From Phycisphaerae bacterium (GTDB taxonomy: Bacteria > Planctomycetota > Phycisphaerae > UBA1845 > Fen-1342), in NCBI GenBank assembly GCA_050115495.1, contig JASFQK010000032.1, positions 17,769 through 81,768 on the forward strand: a DNA stretch of 64,000 bases, written 5' to 3'. Under the pieces are notes generated by a model. The model did no database searches and was not told the DNA's origin. It saw only the letters and a program-made list of their open reading frames with translations. The stretch's first letter is position 1. Each line of letters begins with the position of its first letter. Of the stretch, positions 9,621-19,081 are shown piece after piece. The position numbers were made by a program, and so were the translations under genes.

Positions 9621-12308
9621 TCAATCGTGGCCGTCCGCGGCGGTCCGGACACCGTCGAGGTGCCCGCCCTGCGGATCGCGAACGCGGAGCGTGGCAGCCC
9701 ACGCGCCGCCGTCGTTACTGACCTTGAGCAACACGTCGTTCCAACCCTGGCGAAGCGTGACGGCAACCTTGTCGTCGCCGCGACCGCAGCTACGAAGGGC
9801 GTTGTTGTTGAGCACGACCTCGCCATTGAGCCAGACTTTGATGCCGTCGTCGCTGCCGAGCTCGAAGCGGGCGTCCTGTTCCTGCGGCGAGTGAAGACGG
9901 GTGGCGAGATAGGCGACCCGGTTGTCGCCGGCGATGCCGTCGTTGCGGCTCAGGTCGATCCGCCAGAAGTCGCCACCGTCGGAAACCGGCTGCTGGCGCC
10001 ATTCGATCGTCGCCGCCGACTCCTCGGGCGGGAAGACGACGTCGAGCAGCTCGTGGCCGGCTTTGCCCTCGCTGAAGTACGGGCCGGCGACGCGCCAATC
10101 GGTGACGAAATCCTCGTATTCTGCGACGCGCTGGCCGGTTTCTGTCGCTCGCTGGCGGACATTATCAGCGGGTGCGGCGGCGAGGACCTTGTCGATCGCG
10201 ACGCGGGCCTCGGCCCAGCCGCCCGGCAGCAAACCGTCGGCGACGGCGAGCAGGGCCATCGCCGCCTCGCCACGCAGTTCCTCGTCGGCGAGATACGGCT
10301 CAAGGACGGCGAGCGTCGCCGGGTCGTGCACGTCACCCACGCGGGCCAGCAGCATCTTGCGCTCGTCGGGCCGGCGGGCGATCTTCAGGCCGGTGTCGTA
10401 GAGCGACAGCATCTGCTCGGCGGTGCGCATGTTGTCCAACGGCACGAGCCGGGCGAAGGCTCGCAAGGCCAGCACGTGGTGCCGCGTGTCCTCGGCCTGC
10501 TCGGCGAGGTGCAGGACATCCTCGGTGGCCGCCGGGTCGGGCCAGTTGCCGAGGGCCTTGTACGCCGCCTCGCGGGCCTCTTCGCGCGTGTCGGTCGTCG
10601 CCGTGCGCAGGGCGGCCATCGTCTCGTCGCCGCCGACGTGGCCGAGCACGCGCAGCAGCGAGCAGTACTGTTCGAGCTTGTCCGGCTGCAGCGCGGCGAG
10701 CAACGGGGCAGCGCCGGCGGTATGGTCGGCGGCGCGGCTGCACGTGGCCGCGAGGGCGTGCTCGATAGCCTCACGCCGAGCTTCGGATTCCGTGCCGGCC
10801 AGCAGGCTCAGCAGCTTGTCCGTGCGACTCTCGTCGCCGAGCATTTCGACGCCGCGCAGCGCTGCGATCGAAACGGCCTCGTCGGCATCGGCGACCTGCG
10901 TGTACATGCGATCGAGCTGGGTGCGGGCCCGCCGATCGGCGAGGACATCGAGCAGCGTGGCGCGAACCGGCGGTGGCGTGTGATCGACGGCTGCGCCGAG
11001 GTGGCGGTCGAAAGACTCACCGGGAATGCGCAGCATGGCCTGGCGGACGGCCTGGACTTCGTCGTCGCTCGGCCCGGTGTGCAGGAAGGTGACGAGGCTA
11101 TTGCCGCCCATCTGGCCGCCGAGCGTGACCACGCCCGCGATCGCGGCGAGGCGGACTTGCGGGTCTTTGTCGCGCAAGGCCTGCGTGACGGCGGGCAGGC
11201 CGTCTTCGTCGCCGCGGCGGGCCAACACGTCGATAATCGCCACGCGTACCGCCGGCGCATCGCCGGGGGACGTCAGCCGTTGGGCGAGGGCCTGCGTGGC
11301 TTCGCGACCGGGCAGCGAAATGGCGGCGTCCGTCGCGCACGCCCGCCGATCGGCGGATTCATCCGTCATCATGGCGAGAATGTCGTCGAGACACGCCGGC
11401 CCTTCGGCGGCGGCGAGACCGTGCAAGGCGGCGCATGGCGTAGACGGATCCGCCGCAGCCGCTTCGTCGTTGAGCAGTTCGCGGAACAGCTCGGCGGCGA
11501 ACGTGTTCTCCCCGACTTCCGCGCCCCGCTGAGCGTAGCGCAGCAGCAACGCCGCAGCTTCGCCCGGCACCACCAGCGTGTCCAGATGCGAGCGGACGGC
11601 CGGCAGCCGCGCCGGCTCGCCCAGTTCGGCGAGCGCCCACAGGGCTGCGGCACGAATGCCGTCGTCCTGCGTATCGAGCTCCGCCTCAAACAGCGTTGCC
11701 GCTTCGGCATCGTGCAGCGCTGCCAGCGCATTGATGAGCCCGACACGCTGGGCGTCGTCAGCGGCGGACAGCGCATCACGCAAAGCCGTCGCCGCCTGCG
11801 GCCGGTTGATGGCGACCAGCGCCCGCGCCGCCGGCTCGCAGAGCGCCGCGTCGTGCAGACACTCGGCGAGGTACGGAACCGCAGTCGCGTCACCGACAAG
11901 CTGAAGCCGGGCGATGAAGAACGTCTTCACCGTGGTCGGGAGGTCGGCAAGCAGGCCGGCGCCCAAAGCCTTGATGACGCGGACGCGCTGCTCGGGCGTG
12001 CCCTGTGACGCGACGTACCACGTCACACCGTTGAGCGCCATGCGGAGTTTCGTGTCATCGCCGATGCCGGGCGCGACGAGCATGTCGCAAAGCTGGGCCA
12101 GGTCGCCGACTTCGAGACTCGCCAGCGCCTCGCCGAATTCGGCGGGATCGTTGGCATTGTCGAACTCGATGCGGGCGAGGATCGCATCCAGGTTGTCCGA
12201 CTGAGCGAACGTTGCCGCCGGCCCGCAGATGACGAGCAGCAACCCGGCGACGCCAGCGAACGTCAGCCCGAGGCGACGGTGAATCAACGGCAGATGGTTC
12301 GTGTTCAT
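9621..12308 (-). CDS. Secreted HEAT-repeat protein with C-terminal beta-sandwich (PA14-like) domain
   Basis: Signal-like N-terminus, many L..D....VR.AA..AL repeats, C-terminal GSDDGIKVWLNG; GGAGGAG SD before ATG 12308. Confidence 0.8.
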   Translation of the reverse strand: MNTNHLPLIHRRLGLTFAGVAGLLLVICGPAATFAQSDNLDAILARIEFDNANDPAEFGEALASLEVGDLAQLCDMLVAPGIGDDTKLRMALNGVTWYVASQGTPEQRVRVIKALGAGLLADLPTTVKTFFIARLQLVGDATAVPYLAECLHDAALCEPAARALVAINRPQAATALRDALSAADDAQRVGLINALAALHDAEAATLFEAELDTQDDGIRAAALWALAELGEPARLPAVRSHLDTLVVPGEAAALLLRYAQRGAEVGENTFAAELFRELLNDEAAAADPSTPCAALHGLAAAEGPACLDDILAMMTDESADRRACATDAAISLPGREATQALAQRLTSPGDAPAVRVAIIDVLARRGDEDGLPAVTQALRDKDPQVRLAAIAGVVTLGGQMGGNSLVTFLHTGPSDDEVQAVRQAMLRIPGESFDRHLGAAVDHTPPPVRATLLDVLADRRARTQLDRMYTQVADADEAVSIAALRGVEMLGDESRTDKLLSLLAGTESEARREAIEHALAATCSRAADHTAGAAPLLAALQPDKLEQYCSLLRVLGHVGGDETMAALRTATTDTREEAREAAYKALGNWPDPAATEDVLHLAEQAEDTRHHVLALRAFARLVPLDNMRTAEQMLSLYDTGLKIARRPDERKMLLARVGDVHDPATLAVLEPYLADEELRGEAAMALLAVADGLLPGGWAEARVAIDKVLAAAPADNVRQRATETGQRVAEYEDFVTDWRVAGPYFSEGKAGHELLDVVFPPEESAATIEWRQQPVSDGGDFWRIDLSRNDGIAGDNRVAYLATRLHSPQEQDARFELGSDDGIKVWLNGEVVLNNNALRSCGRGDDKVAVTLRQGWNDVLLKVSNDGGAWAATLRVRDPQGGHLDGVRTAADGHD

Positions 12309-12321
12309 CCGCTCCTCCGCT

Positions 12322-13611
12322 TTACAGATGCCACGGGGCCCGCATGGGCACCGCGACCAGTCGGTTGGCCTGTTCGTCATTCTCGAACCGCTCGTTCACG
12401 GGGTCGTACGCGAGGCGCCGCCCGAGTCGAATGGCGGCCGCCGCCAGATTGACCAGCGTGCAGGAGCGATGGGCAGCCTCCTCGTTGCCGCCGGCCTTCT
12501 GCCGCGTCTTCAGGGCGGTCTCGAAATCGAGCAGCGACGGCGGATCGGCGATACCGGCGAGCTGCTCGAACAGCCCGGCCGGCTCGGTACGGTAGTTGTC
12601 GAACACCTTGCCGTTGGGCCCCTCGATGAACGGCTTGCCAGCGGGCTCCGGGTCGCCCCATTCGCCGCTGGTGAGGATGATCGTGTCGCCGTCGGCGTAG
12701 CGCATCGTCACCGATTCCCACATGCCGACCGCGTCCGGATGCGAGGGCCACGGGGCAACCGCGGAGACCTCGACCGGGCTGGTGTCGTCCTTGCCGAGCA
12801 CGTACTGGACCGGGTCGAGGTAGTGCTGGCCCATATCGGTCAGGCCGCCGCCGTCGTAATCCCAGTAGCCGCGGAAGGTCTGGTGCACGCGGTGCGGGTG
12901 GTATGGCTTGAACTGGGCCGGCCCGAGCCACATGTCGTAGTCGAGGTTCTCGGGGACCAGTTGCGGCGTCAGGTTGGGCCGCCCGCTCCACTCGGCGACC
13001 TTCCAGTTAAAGCCCTGCACGCGACCGATACGGACGGTCAGCGGCCGGCCGAGCAGCCCGCTGCGCACCAACTTCCACAGCATCTTCGACGCCCCGTAGT
13101 GATACAGGTTTCCGAAGCGGGAGTGCGTATTGACCTGGAGCACGCGGCCGCAGCGGCGGACCGTGTCGGCGTAGGCCCGGCCCTCGGCGATCGTGTGCGA
13201 GAACGGCTTCTCGGTCATGATGTCGAAGCCGGCCCGGGCGGCGGCGATGCCCATCAGGGCGTGCCAGTGCGGCGGTGTGGCGATGTGGATGGTGTCGATG
13301 TCCGTGCGGTCGAGCACGCGGCGCCAGTCGCTGTACGCCTTGCACTCGCCGCCGGCCTTCTTCATCGCCCGGTCGAGGTGGCGCTGGTCGACGTCGCAGA
13401 CGGCGAGCGTACGGGCCGGCTCGCCCTTCACGTTCTCCGTGACGTGGCCGGCCATGCCCATGCCGCCGGTCCCGATGACCGCGCGGGTGATGACCTCACT
13501 GGGTGCGGTGCAGCGCGGCCCGCCGAGCACGTGCCGCGGCACGATATAGAACACGGTCCCGGCGGTGATCGCCCTGCCGAGGAAGCCGCGCCGGCTGATC
13601 TTGTTGGCCAT
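12322..13611 (-). CDS. Tat-exported Gfo/Idh/MocA oxidoreductase
   Basis: SRRGFL twin-arginine signal, IGTGGMG, ATPPHWH, EKP, DMWLGPA, DMGQHYLD. Confidence 0.92.
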   Translation of the reverse strand: MANKISRRGFLGRAITAGTVFYIVPRHVLGGPRCTAPSEVITRAVIGTGGMGMAGHVTENVKGEPARTLAVCDVDQRHLDRAMKKAGGECKAYSDWRRVLDRTDIDTIHIATPPHWHALMGIAAARAGFDIMTEKPFSHTIAEGRAYADTVRRCGRVLQVNTHSRFGNLYHYGASKMLWKLVRSGLLGRPLTVRIGRVQGFNWKVAEWSGRPNLTPQLVPENLDYDMWLGPAQFKPYHPHRVHQTFRGYWDYDGGGLTDMGQHYLDPVQYVLGKDDTSPVEVSAVAPWPSHPDAVGMWESVTMRYADGDTIILTSGEWGDPEPAGKPFIEGPNGKVFDNYRTEPAGLFEQLAGIADPPSLLDFETALKTRQKAGGNEEAAHRSCTLVNLAAAAIRLGRRLAYDPVNERFENDEQANRLVAVPMRAPWHL

Positions 13612-13704
13612 GTGGATACCTCACGCCCCCGATCGGTTCCATTACCGAACGCGGTGGCCATGGTAGCGAGCAGCACGCCGGTGTGAAAGCGGGGTGCGGC
13701 GCCG

Positions 13705-14655
13705 TCAGCCGGAGCCGCCGGCCGCGGCGAGTGAAGCGAACAGGTCGCCGTAGGCGTGCAGCCGGGGCCCGTCCGCCGACTCGACGAGTTGCAGCGCGGA
13801 GCTGCCCGGCCGCCGGCGGCAGACGTCGTCGGCCTCCGTCGGCGAAAGGACCATGAAGGCGGTGGAGAGGGCGTCGGCGAAGGCGCCGGTCGGCGCGTGG
13901 GCCCAGGCGCCCAGAATACCCGTCGCCGGCTTCTCCGAACGCGGGTCGATGATGTGCCGGCCGTGCAGCAGCGCGCCCGAGCCGCTGAGCGCACCGGTGG
14001 TCAGGCGGATCGACCCAAGCGTCTTCGCCGGATCGGTGGGGTCACGCACGGCCACGGTCCAGACGGACGCGTCGGCGGGCGGGCCGATGATGCAGGCCGT
14101 GCTCTGACCGGAGTGCAGCAGGGCCCGCTCGATGGACCAGTCGCCCAGCACCGCAGCCGCCCGGTCGAGGGCATAGCCCTTGCCGATGCCACCCAGATCG
14201 ACGACCACCCCCTCCTCCCGGCGGACGACCGCCCGCTGGACCGGGTCGATGCCCAGCAGCCGCATACCGACCTTCACGGGCCGGCTGGCTGGGGCGCTGC
14301 TCGCGTGCAGCAACCCGCCGACGGTGACATCGAACGCACCGTTCGTGTCTTCACAAAGCTGGGCGGCGAGCGTGAGGCATTCGAGCAACTCGACGCCGAC
14401 ACGCAGCGGCTGGCCAGCGGGCGTGGCGTTCAGCCGGGCCACGTCGCTGTGCGGGATGAAGCGGCTGAGCTCCTGCTCGACGCGATCAACTTCCTCGAAG
14501 GCGGCGTGGGCGGCCTGATGGGCGTAGCCGGCCTCTCCGCCGACGATGCACAGCCCCCACTCGCAGGCCATCGCGTCGTGCGTGAAGCTGTGCCGCGGGC
14601 CGGGAGCGGTCGCCGGGGCGATGTCGAGGGCCGGCGGTCGTGGGGCGTCACTCAT
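13705..14655 (-). CDS. apbE: FAD:protein FMN transferase (ApbE family)
   Basis: AMACEW, LSRF..SDV.RLN, GAFDVTVG, DLGGIGKGYALD, HIIDPR, ADALSTA. Confidence 0.88.
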   Translation of the reverse strand: MSDAPRPPALDIAPATAPGPRHSFTHDAMACEWGLCIVGGEAGYAHQAAHAAFEEVDRVEQELSRFIPHSDVARLNATPAGQPLRVGVELLECLTLAAQLCEDTNGAFDVTVGGLLHASSAPASRPVKVGMRLLGIDPVQRAVVRREEGVVVDLGGIGKGYALDRAAAVLGDWSIERALLHSGQSTACIIGPPADASVWTVAVRDPTDPAKTLGSIRLTTGALSGSGALLHGRHIIDPRSEKPATGILGAWAHAPTGAFADALSTAFMVLSPTEADDVCRRRPGSSALQLVESADGPRLHAYGDLFASLAAAGGSG

Positions 14656-14659
14656 GGGG

Positions 14660-16213
14660 TTAGTCCGACGGGCGGCTGGCGGCGGCGGTCTCGGCGACCA
14701 CGAAGGCCGCGTACACGTCACGCCGAACGTAGACGACCAGCGTCTCGTCGCGGCGGAGTCCATAGTAGCGGGGCACGTCGCACGTGTCGCCGAGCAGTGG
14801 GTCGAGCTGGTCAGCGAAGCGGCTGCTGGCGATGACGACGCCCGCTCCGGTGCCCACGCCGGCGGGCACATCCTCCCAGTAGCCCACGTGCTCGTGATGA
14901 CGCAGGTACCACGGCAGCGGCCAGCAGTTCGGCACGATGACGTGGATCACGAGCGGCTGGTCGGCCGGCTGCGTGCGGGCCAGGCGGTCGATGTAGCCGG
15001 TGAGCTTGAGGACGTCGGAGACGGGGTGGGCGTAGACGTAGGGGTTGCGGGGGTCGTTGGTGAAGCGGCCGTCGGCGCGGACGGTCTGCACGCCGAGGTG
15101 GGCGATGCCGACGGTCAGCAGCACGAGCACGACCGCCAAGCGAGCGAAGCCGGCGCCGGCGAGGCGGATGAGTGTCGCGGCGCCGAAGCCGGCGAGCAGG
15201 ATCATGCCGTGCAGGAAGCCAAGCAGGCACCAGGGTGTCTTGTAGGGGATCACCGCGTACGCCGCGGTCAGGAGCACGGTGTACACCGCGATGAACAGCG
15301 GCAGTCGGCTCGTCGCCCGGCGGCACCAGGCGGCGACGGCGCCGATGAGCGCCAGCAGCAGGATGAGCCCCTCGCTCCACGCCGGCGCCGGAGCGTAGCG
15401 CGTGTATGCCAGCAGGCTCAGGTAGTAATTCCAGGGGTGGATGTGCTGGCTGCCTCCGGCGCGGCTGAAGTAGGTGGCGAAGGTGCGCCAGGCGTCCAGT
15501 GGGCCGCGCGGGTTGGTGAAGAACCCGGAAAGCAGCGTCGCCGAAACCGCGACAGCGGCGAGCAGTGTCGCGATCAGCAGTGCAAGACTCGGTCGGCGTG
15601 GCACGGCCATCGTGCCGCGCGGCCGGCAGAACACGGTCACGACCAGAGCCGCAGCCAGTGCTCCCCAGGCGATGACGCACGTTTCCTTCGTCGCCTGCAT
15701 GAACCCGAGCCCGGCACCGGCCAGCAGCAGCCAGCCGGCGCGTCCCGAGCGCACATAGCGCCAGCCGGCGGCCAGCACCAGCATGGTGAAGAAGACGAGC
15801 AGCGTCTCCTGGATGTAGTAGCGGCTGTAGAAGGCCATGGCCGGCGAGACCGCGGTCAGCACGCCCGCCAGCACCGCCGCCCCGCGGCCGAGTCCGTCGC
15901 CCACCAGGAGCAGCAGCAGTACCAGCCCGACGCCGAACAGCACGGGGACCAGGCGGAACATGGCCATCGACGTGTCGCGCCAGTCGTGCGCCCCGCTCAG
16001 CCAGGCCGCCGGCAGCGCGAAGTAGTAGATCGTCGGCCCGTGGTACTCGTGCGGGTCGTAGACGTAGCGCCCGGTCGTCAGCAGCTCATTGAACTTGTAG
16101 GCGTGGACCGCCTCGTCCGTGTGCACGTAACGCCGGTCCAGTTGCGGCAGCCGCAGGGCCAGCGCCCCGACGGCGACGAGGACGAGCACCGCGGCTGCGA
16201 GCCGGGCCGGCAT
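14660..16213 (-). CDS. GT-C fold membrane glycosyltransferase, TIGR03663/Agl23-like
   Basis: HTDEAVH, YDPHEYHGP, SRYYIQE, ATKE, YKTPW motifs; about 11 TM helices. Confidence 0.78.
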   Translation of the reverse strand: MPARLAAAVLVLVAVGALALRLPQLDRRYVHTDEAVHAYKFNELLTTGRYVYDPHEYHGPTIYYFALPAAWLSGAHDWRDTSMAMFRLVPVLFGVGLVLLLLLVGDGLGRGAAVLAGVLTAVSPAMAFYSRYYIQETLLVFFTMLVLAAGWRYVRSGRAGWLLLAGAGLGFMQATKETCVIAWGALAAALVVTVFCRPRGTMAVPRRPSLALLIATLLAAVAVSATLLSGFFTNPRGPLDAWRTFATYFSRAGGSQHIHPWNYYLSLLAYTRYAPAPAWSEGLILLLALIGAVAAWCRRATSRLPLFIAVYTVLLTAAYAVIPYKTPWCLLGFLHGMILLAGFGAATLIRLAGAGFARLAVVLVLLTVGIAHLGVQTVRADGRFTNDPRNPYVYAHPVSDVLKLTGYIDRLARTQPADQPLVIHVIVPNCWPLPWYLRHHEHVGYWEDVPAGVGTGAGVVIASSRFADQLDPLLGDTCDVPRYYGLRRDETLVVYVRRDVYAAFVVAETAAASRPSD

Positions 16214-16218
16214 GGCGG

Positions 16219-16962
16219 CTACTTCGGCGGCTTGCCGTAGATGTCGACCTCGGTGTAGTGGTTCTGATCGTCGGCCGTGCTGCCGTTGCTGTACAGCCGA
16301 ATGTAACGGGCCACCACACCCTTGGCGTCGATCAGCTTGCCTTCGAACGTCTCCCAGTACTCGTATTCCTTGCCGAGGCCGAGGCCGGACGAGTTGTCGT
16401 GGTCGTTGTTGAAGACGGTGCGGACGTTGGTGATGAAGTCCTCATCGTCGGCGACCTGCACCACGACGTCGTGGTAGACGCGGGCGGTGGAGTGATAGTG
16501 CCAGATGAGGACGGCCTGGATGGCGACCTTCTTCTTGAGGTCGATCTGCACCCACTGCCGGCCGGGGCCGAGCTCGACGTAGCTGCCTTCGTTGGCCTCG
16601 CGGTCGCCGTCGGTGACGCACTTGATCGCCCCGATGATCGGCTCGTTGTCGCTGGCCGTGACGGGCATGCCGCGGGAAACGAGCACCGTACCCGGCGGGA
16701 CCATCAGGTCGGGACGCGGGCCCTTGCGCGGCGGCTCGAGACGCGTGCCGGGCGGGACGTTCTCCGGCGTACCCTTGAAAGCGGGCTTGGGCAGCTTCAG
16801 TTCGAGCGGCACGAGGTCGCCGGCGGGCTTCTTGTCCTGCTTGGCGGCGTCGGCCGTGTTAGGCTTCGTCTCCTGCGTGACGGCGGGGGCGCCGCTCCAC
16901 AGCAGCAGGGTCAGCAGGCCCGAAAGGCAGGCGAGCATCTTGCAGTTGCAGCGGTGGGTCAT
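16219..16962 (-). CDS. Secreted discoidin/F5-8 type C-like domain protein
   Basis: Signal peptide; TDGD, QWVQIDL, ARYIRLYSNG, EVDIYG pattern. Confidence 0.65.
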   Translation of the reverse strand: MTHRCNCKMLACLSGLLTLLLWSGAPAVTQETKPNTADAAKQDKKPAGDLVPLELKLPKPAFKGTPENVPPGTRLEPPRKGPRPDLMVPPGTVLVSRGMPVTASDNEPIIGAIKCVTDGDREANEGSYVELGPGRQWVQIDLKKKVAIQAVLIWHYHSTARVYHDVVVQVADDEDFITNVRTVFNNDHDNSSGLGLGKEYEYWETFEGKLIDAKGVVARYIRLYSNGSTADDQNHYTEVDIYGKPPK

Positions 16963-19028
16963 GTCGATCTTCCTTCATTCGTCAGCCGCCGGGCCCAGAG
17001 CGAGACCAGCGTATGCAACACCATAACGGCGGCGAAACACCAGGCCGCCGTCGCGTGGATCTCCGTGAGGGCGTGCTGATCCTCGGTGCCGAAGACGGGC
17101 AGCATCGCCACCAGCATCGCCGACATGAGCACCAGGCCCAGAACCACGCCCGGCCAGAACATCAATCGTTGTCCGCGGGTCAGACCGGCGGCCGCCGGCC
17201 CAGGACCGAATCGGCAGCGCGGCGCCCATTGCAGCACCGTGCCCGTGAAACCCAGGGTGAACAGGCCGGCGCCGGACATGTGCGCCAGCAGGAGCCAGCC
17301 TTCCATCTCACCGACGATCGGCCGGATGACCAGCGCCGTCGCGAACTGCACCAGCGCGCCGAGAATGGCCGCATAATGGAAAAGCCGCTCGTAGAGGCTG
17401 AAGCCGCGTCGCGTGGGCGGCTCGCCGCGGAAGCCCTGCAATACGTAGCGCACCAGCACGAGCGCAATCAGCGCGGCGCAGACCAACCCGAAGACCTTGA
17501 ACACCGGCCGCACGGTGAAGCCCAGCGCCCAGATGCGGGCCTCGGCTTCATCGTCGCCGCGAAAGGCCGTCATGCTGACCGGCTTGCCGTCGGCGCCGAT
17601 GACCTGGCCGAAGAAGACGGCGCCGTCCTCGGCGTGGCAATCGGTGCAATCGCCGATGCCCAGCGATTGCGACGCCGGCCGCACGTTGTGCGCCAGCGAC
17701 CAGCGGTACGGCTGGAGGTCGCTGCTGCCCGCGTACCAGACCATGCGCTGTGGGGCGATCCGCCCGTCCGACTGCTGGGCGAAGACCGGGCCGAGGATCA
17801 GCGGCGGATCGTCGTTCGTGCGATCGCGCGAGGCCAGGCCGAGGCCGTGGGCCAGCGCCGTCTGGAACTGCTGGAGCTTCAGCCGGGGCAGCGGGCCCGA
17901 GTGACACGCCGTGCAGGTCAGCTTGTCGAAGTGCACGGGCGGCAGACCGCGGTGCTCGGGGTGCGGTGCGCCGTAGCGCCCGCCGAGCGAGACGTCGGGA
18001 TCGTCCGGATCGGGCGTGCCCAGGTGACAGCCGGCGCACGAGTACGCCGCCAGGGCCGGCATGCCGCGATCGGCCGCTTCGCCGTCGTAGCCGCGGACGG
18101 TGGCGTGGTCGATGGTATTGCGGTGGCAGTCGACGCAAAGCAGGCCGGCGGCCAGGTGCACGTCACGCGTGCTGAGCAGGTCCGACTCGGCGTCGATCCC
18201 CACCTCACGCACCGTGTGGCAGAACAGGCAGCGCTCGTTCGGCACGCGGCGGGTCACGTCGAAGAAGACGCGGTCGTCGGGATCGAAGCGCGTTCGGTCC
18301 CAGACCAGTCGCGGACCGGCCTGCTCGGGGTAGTCGGGATTGGGCGGGGCAAGCGGGTCCCAGTCGTCCGGCGCCTTGCGGGCCTCGCCACGCACGACGG
18401 CCAGGCCAAGGGCCGCGGTCGGCGCCCACTTGAAGTTCTGCACCTCGATCTGCTGGGCCGCGACGGCGGGGTCGTGCTGCTGGCCGGTGCTGTGGCAGAA
18501 GAGGCAGTCGATTTCGAGCTGTGATGAAATGTGCCAGCGAACGGACTCGGGAGCGGCGTTGATCTCTGCGGCCGTCGGCGCGCCGTAGCCGCCGCCGGGC
18601 GTATGGTGGCCGAAGCGCAGGACGAACTGCCAGTCGGTCATTCCTGCCGCCGCCGGGGTCTGCGTTCCCGGCCAACCGCGGCCGGAGATGGGCCAGACGG
18701 CGCCCGTCTCGCGATCGACGAGGAACCACGGCTCGCCCGGGCGACCGGGCAACGCGCCGTGCGGCTCGTTGAAGTGCCAGCCGCTGCTGATGGCCGAGTA
18801 GTCGTGACACTTGCCGCAGGTGGCTCGCGGCGAATAGGGGCCGGCGGTCTCGTCCGTCGGGTCGATGGCCGCCCCGTCCTCGTCGTACAGCGTGATGCGG
18901 TGCACGTACGGTGCGTCGCTGTCCGTGCGTAGCGTCTGGGGGGGCTCGGCCAGGTCGGCGGCGAAGACCCAGCCCGTGGCGAGCAGTCCGCAGATCAACG
19001 GCAGCAGCGCAGCAGGCTGGCGGGGCAC
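16959..19028 (-). CDS. Multiheme cytochrome c (7 CxxCH) fused to a C-terminal cytochrome b-like membrane domain
   Basis: CGKCH, CLFCH x2, CVDCH, CAGCH, CTACH, CTDCH; signal peptide; ~5 C-terminal TM helices with His in ERLFH, LAHM, EIHA, VLHT. Confidence 0.85.
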   Translation of the reverse strand: MPRQPAALLPLICGLLATGWVFAADLAEPPQTLRTDSDAPYVHRITLYDEDGAAIDPTDETAGPYSPRATCGKCHDYSAISSGWHFNEPHGALPGRPGEPWFLVDRETGAVWPISGRGWPGTQTPAAAGMTDWQFVLRFGHHTPGGGYGAPTAAEINAAPESVRWHISSQLEIDCLFCHSTGQQHDPAVAAQQIEVQNFKWAPTAALGLAVVRGEARKAPDDWDPLAPPNPDYPEQAGPRLVWDRTRFDPDDRVFFDVTRRVPNERCLFCHTVREVGIDAESDLLSTRDVHLAAGLLCVDCHRNTIDHATVRGYDGEAADRGMPALAAYSCAGCHLGTPDPDDPDVSLGGRYGAPHPEHRGLPPVHFDKLTCTACHSGPLPRLKLQQFQTALAHGLGLASRDRTNDDPPLILGPVFAQQSDGRIAPQRMVWYAGSSDLQPYRWSLAHNVRPASQSLGIGDCTDCHAEDGAVFFGQVIGADGKPVSMTAFRGDDEAEARIWALGFTVRPVFKVFGLVCAALIALVLVRYVLQGFRGEPPTRRGFSLYERLFHYAAILGALVQFATALVIRPIVGEMEGWLLLAHMSGAGLFTLGFTGTVLQWAPRCRFGPGPAAAGLTRGQRLMFWPGVVLGLVLMSAMLVAMLPVFGTEDQHALTEIHATAAWCFAAVMVLHTLVSLWARRLTNEGRST

Positions 19029-19081
19029 GCGACCTCCTTTGTGCTCATCTCCGGGCGACGACCGGCGGCAGCGCCGGGCCG

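Noticed and set aside
8310..12008. 1232 aa plus-strand ORF, and similar long antisense ORFs (e.g. 1111-3789, 5188-7626, 39968-41896, most of 57865-60195)
   Set aside because: Shadow ORFs opposite well-supported genes; typical of high-GC DNA and without recognisable motifs
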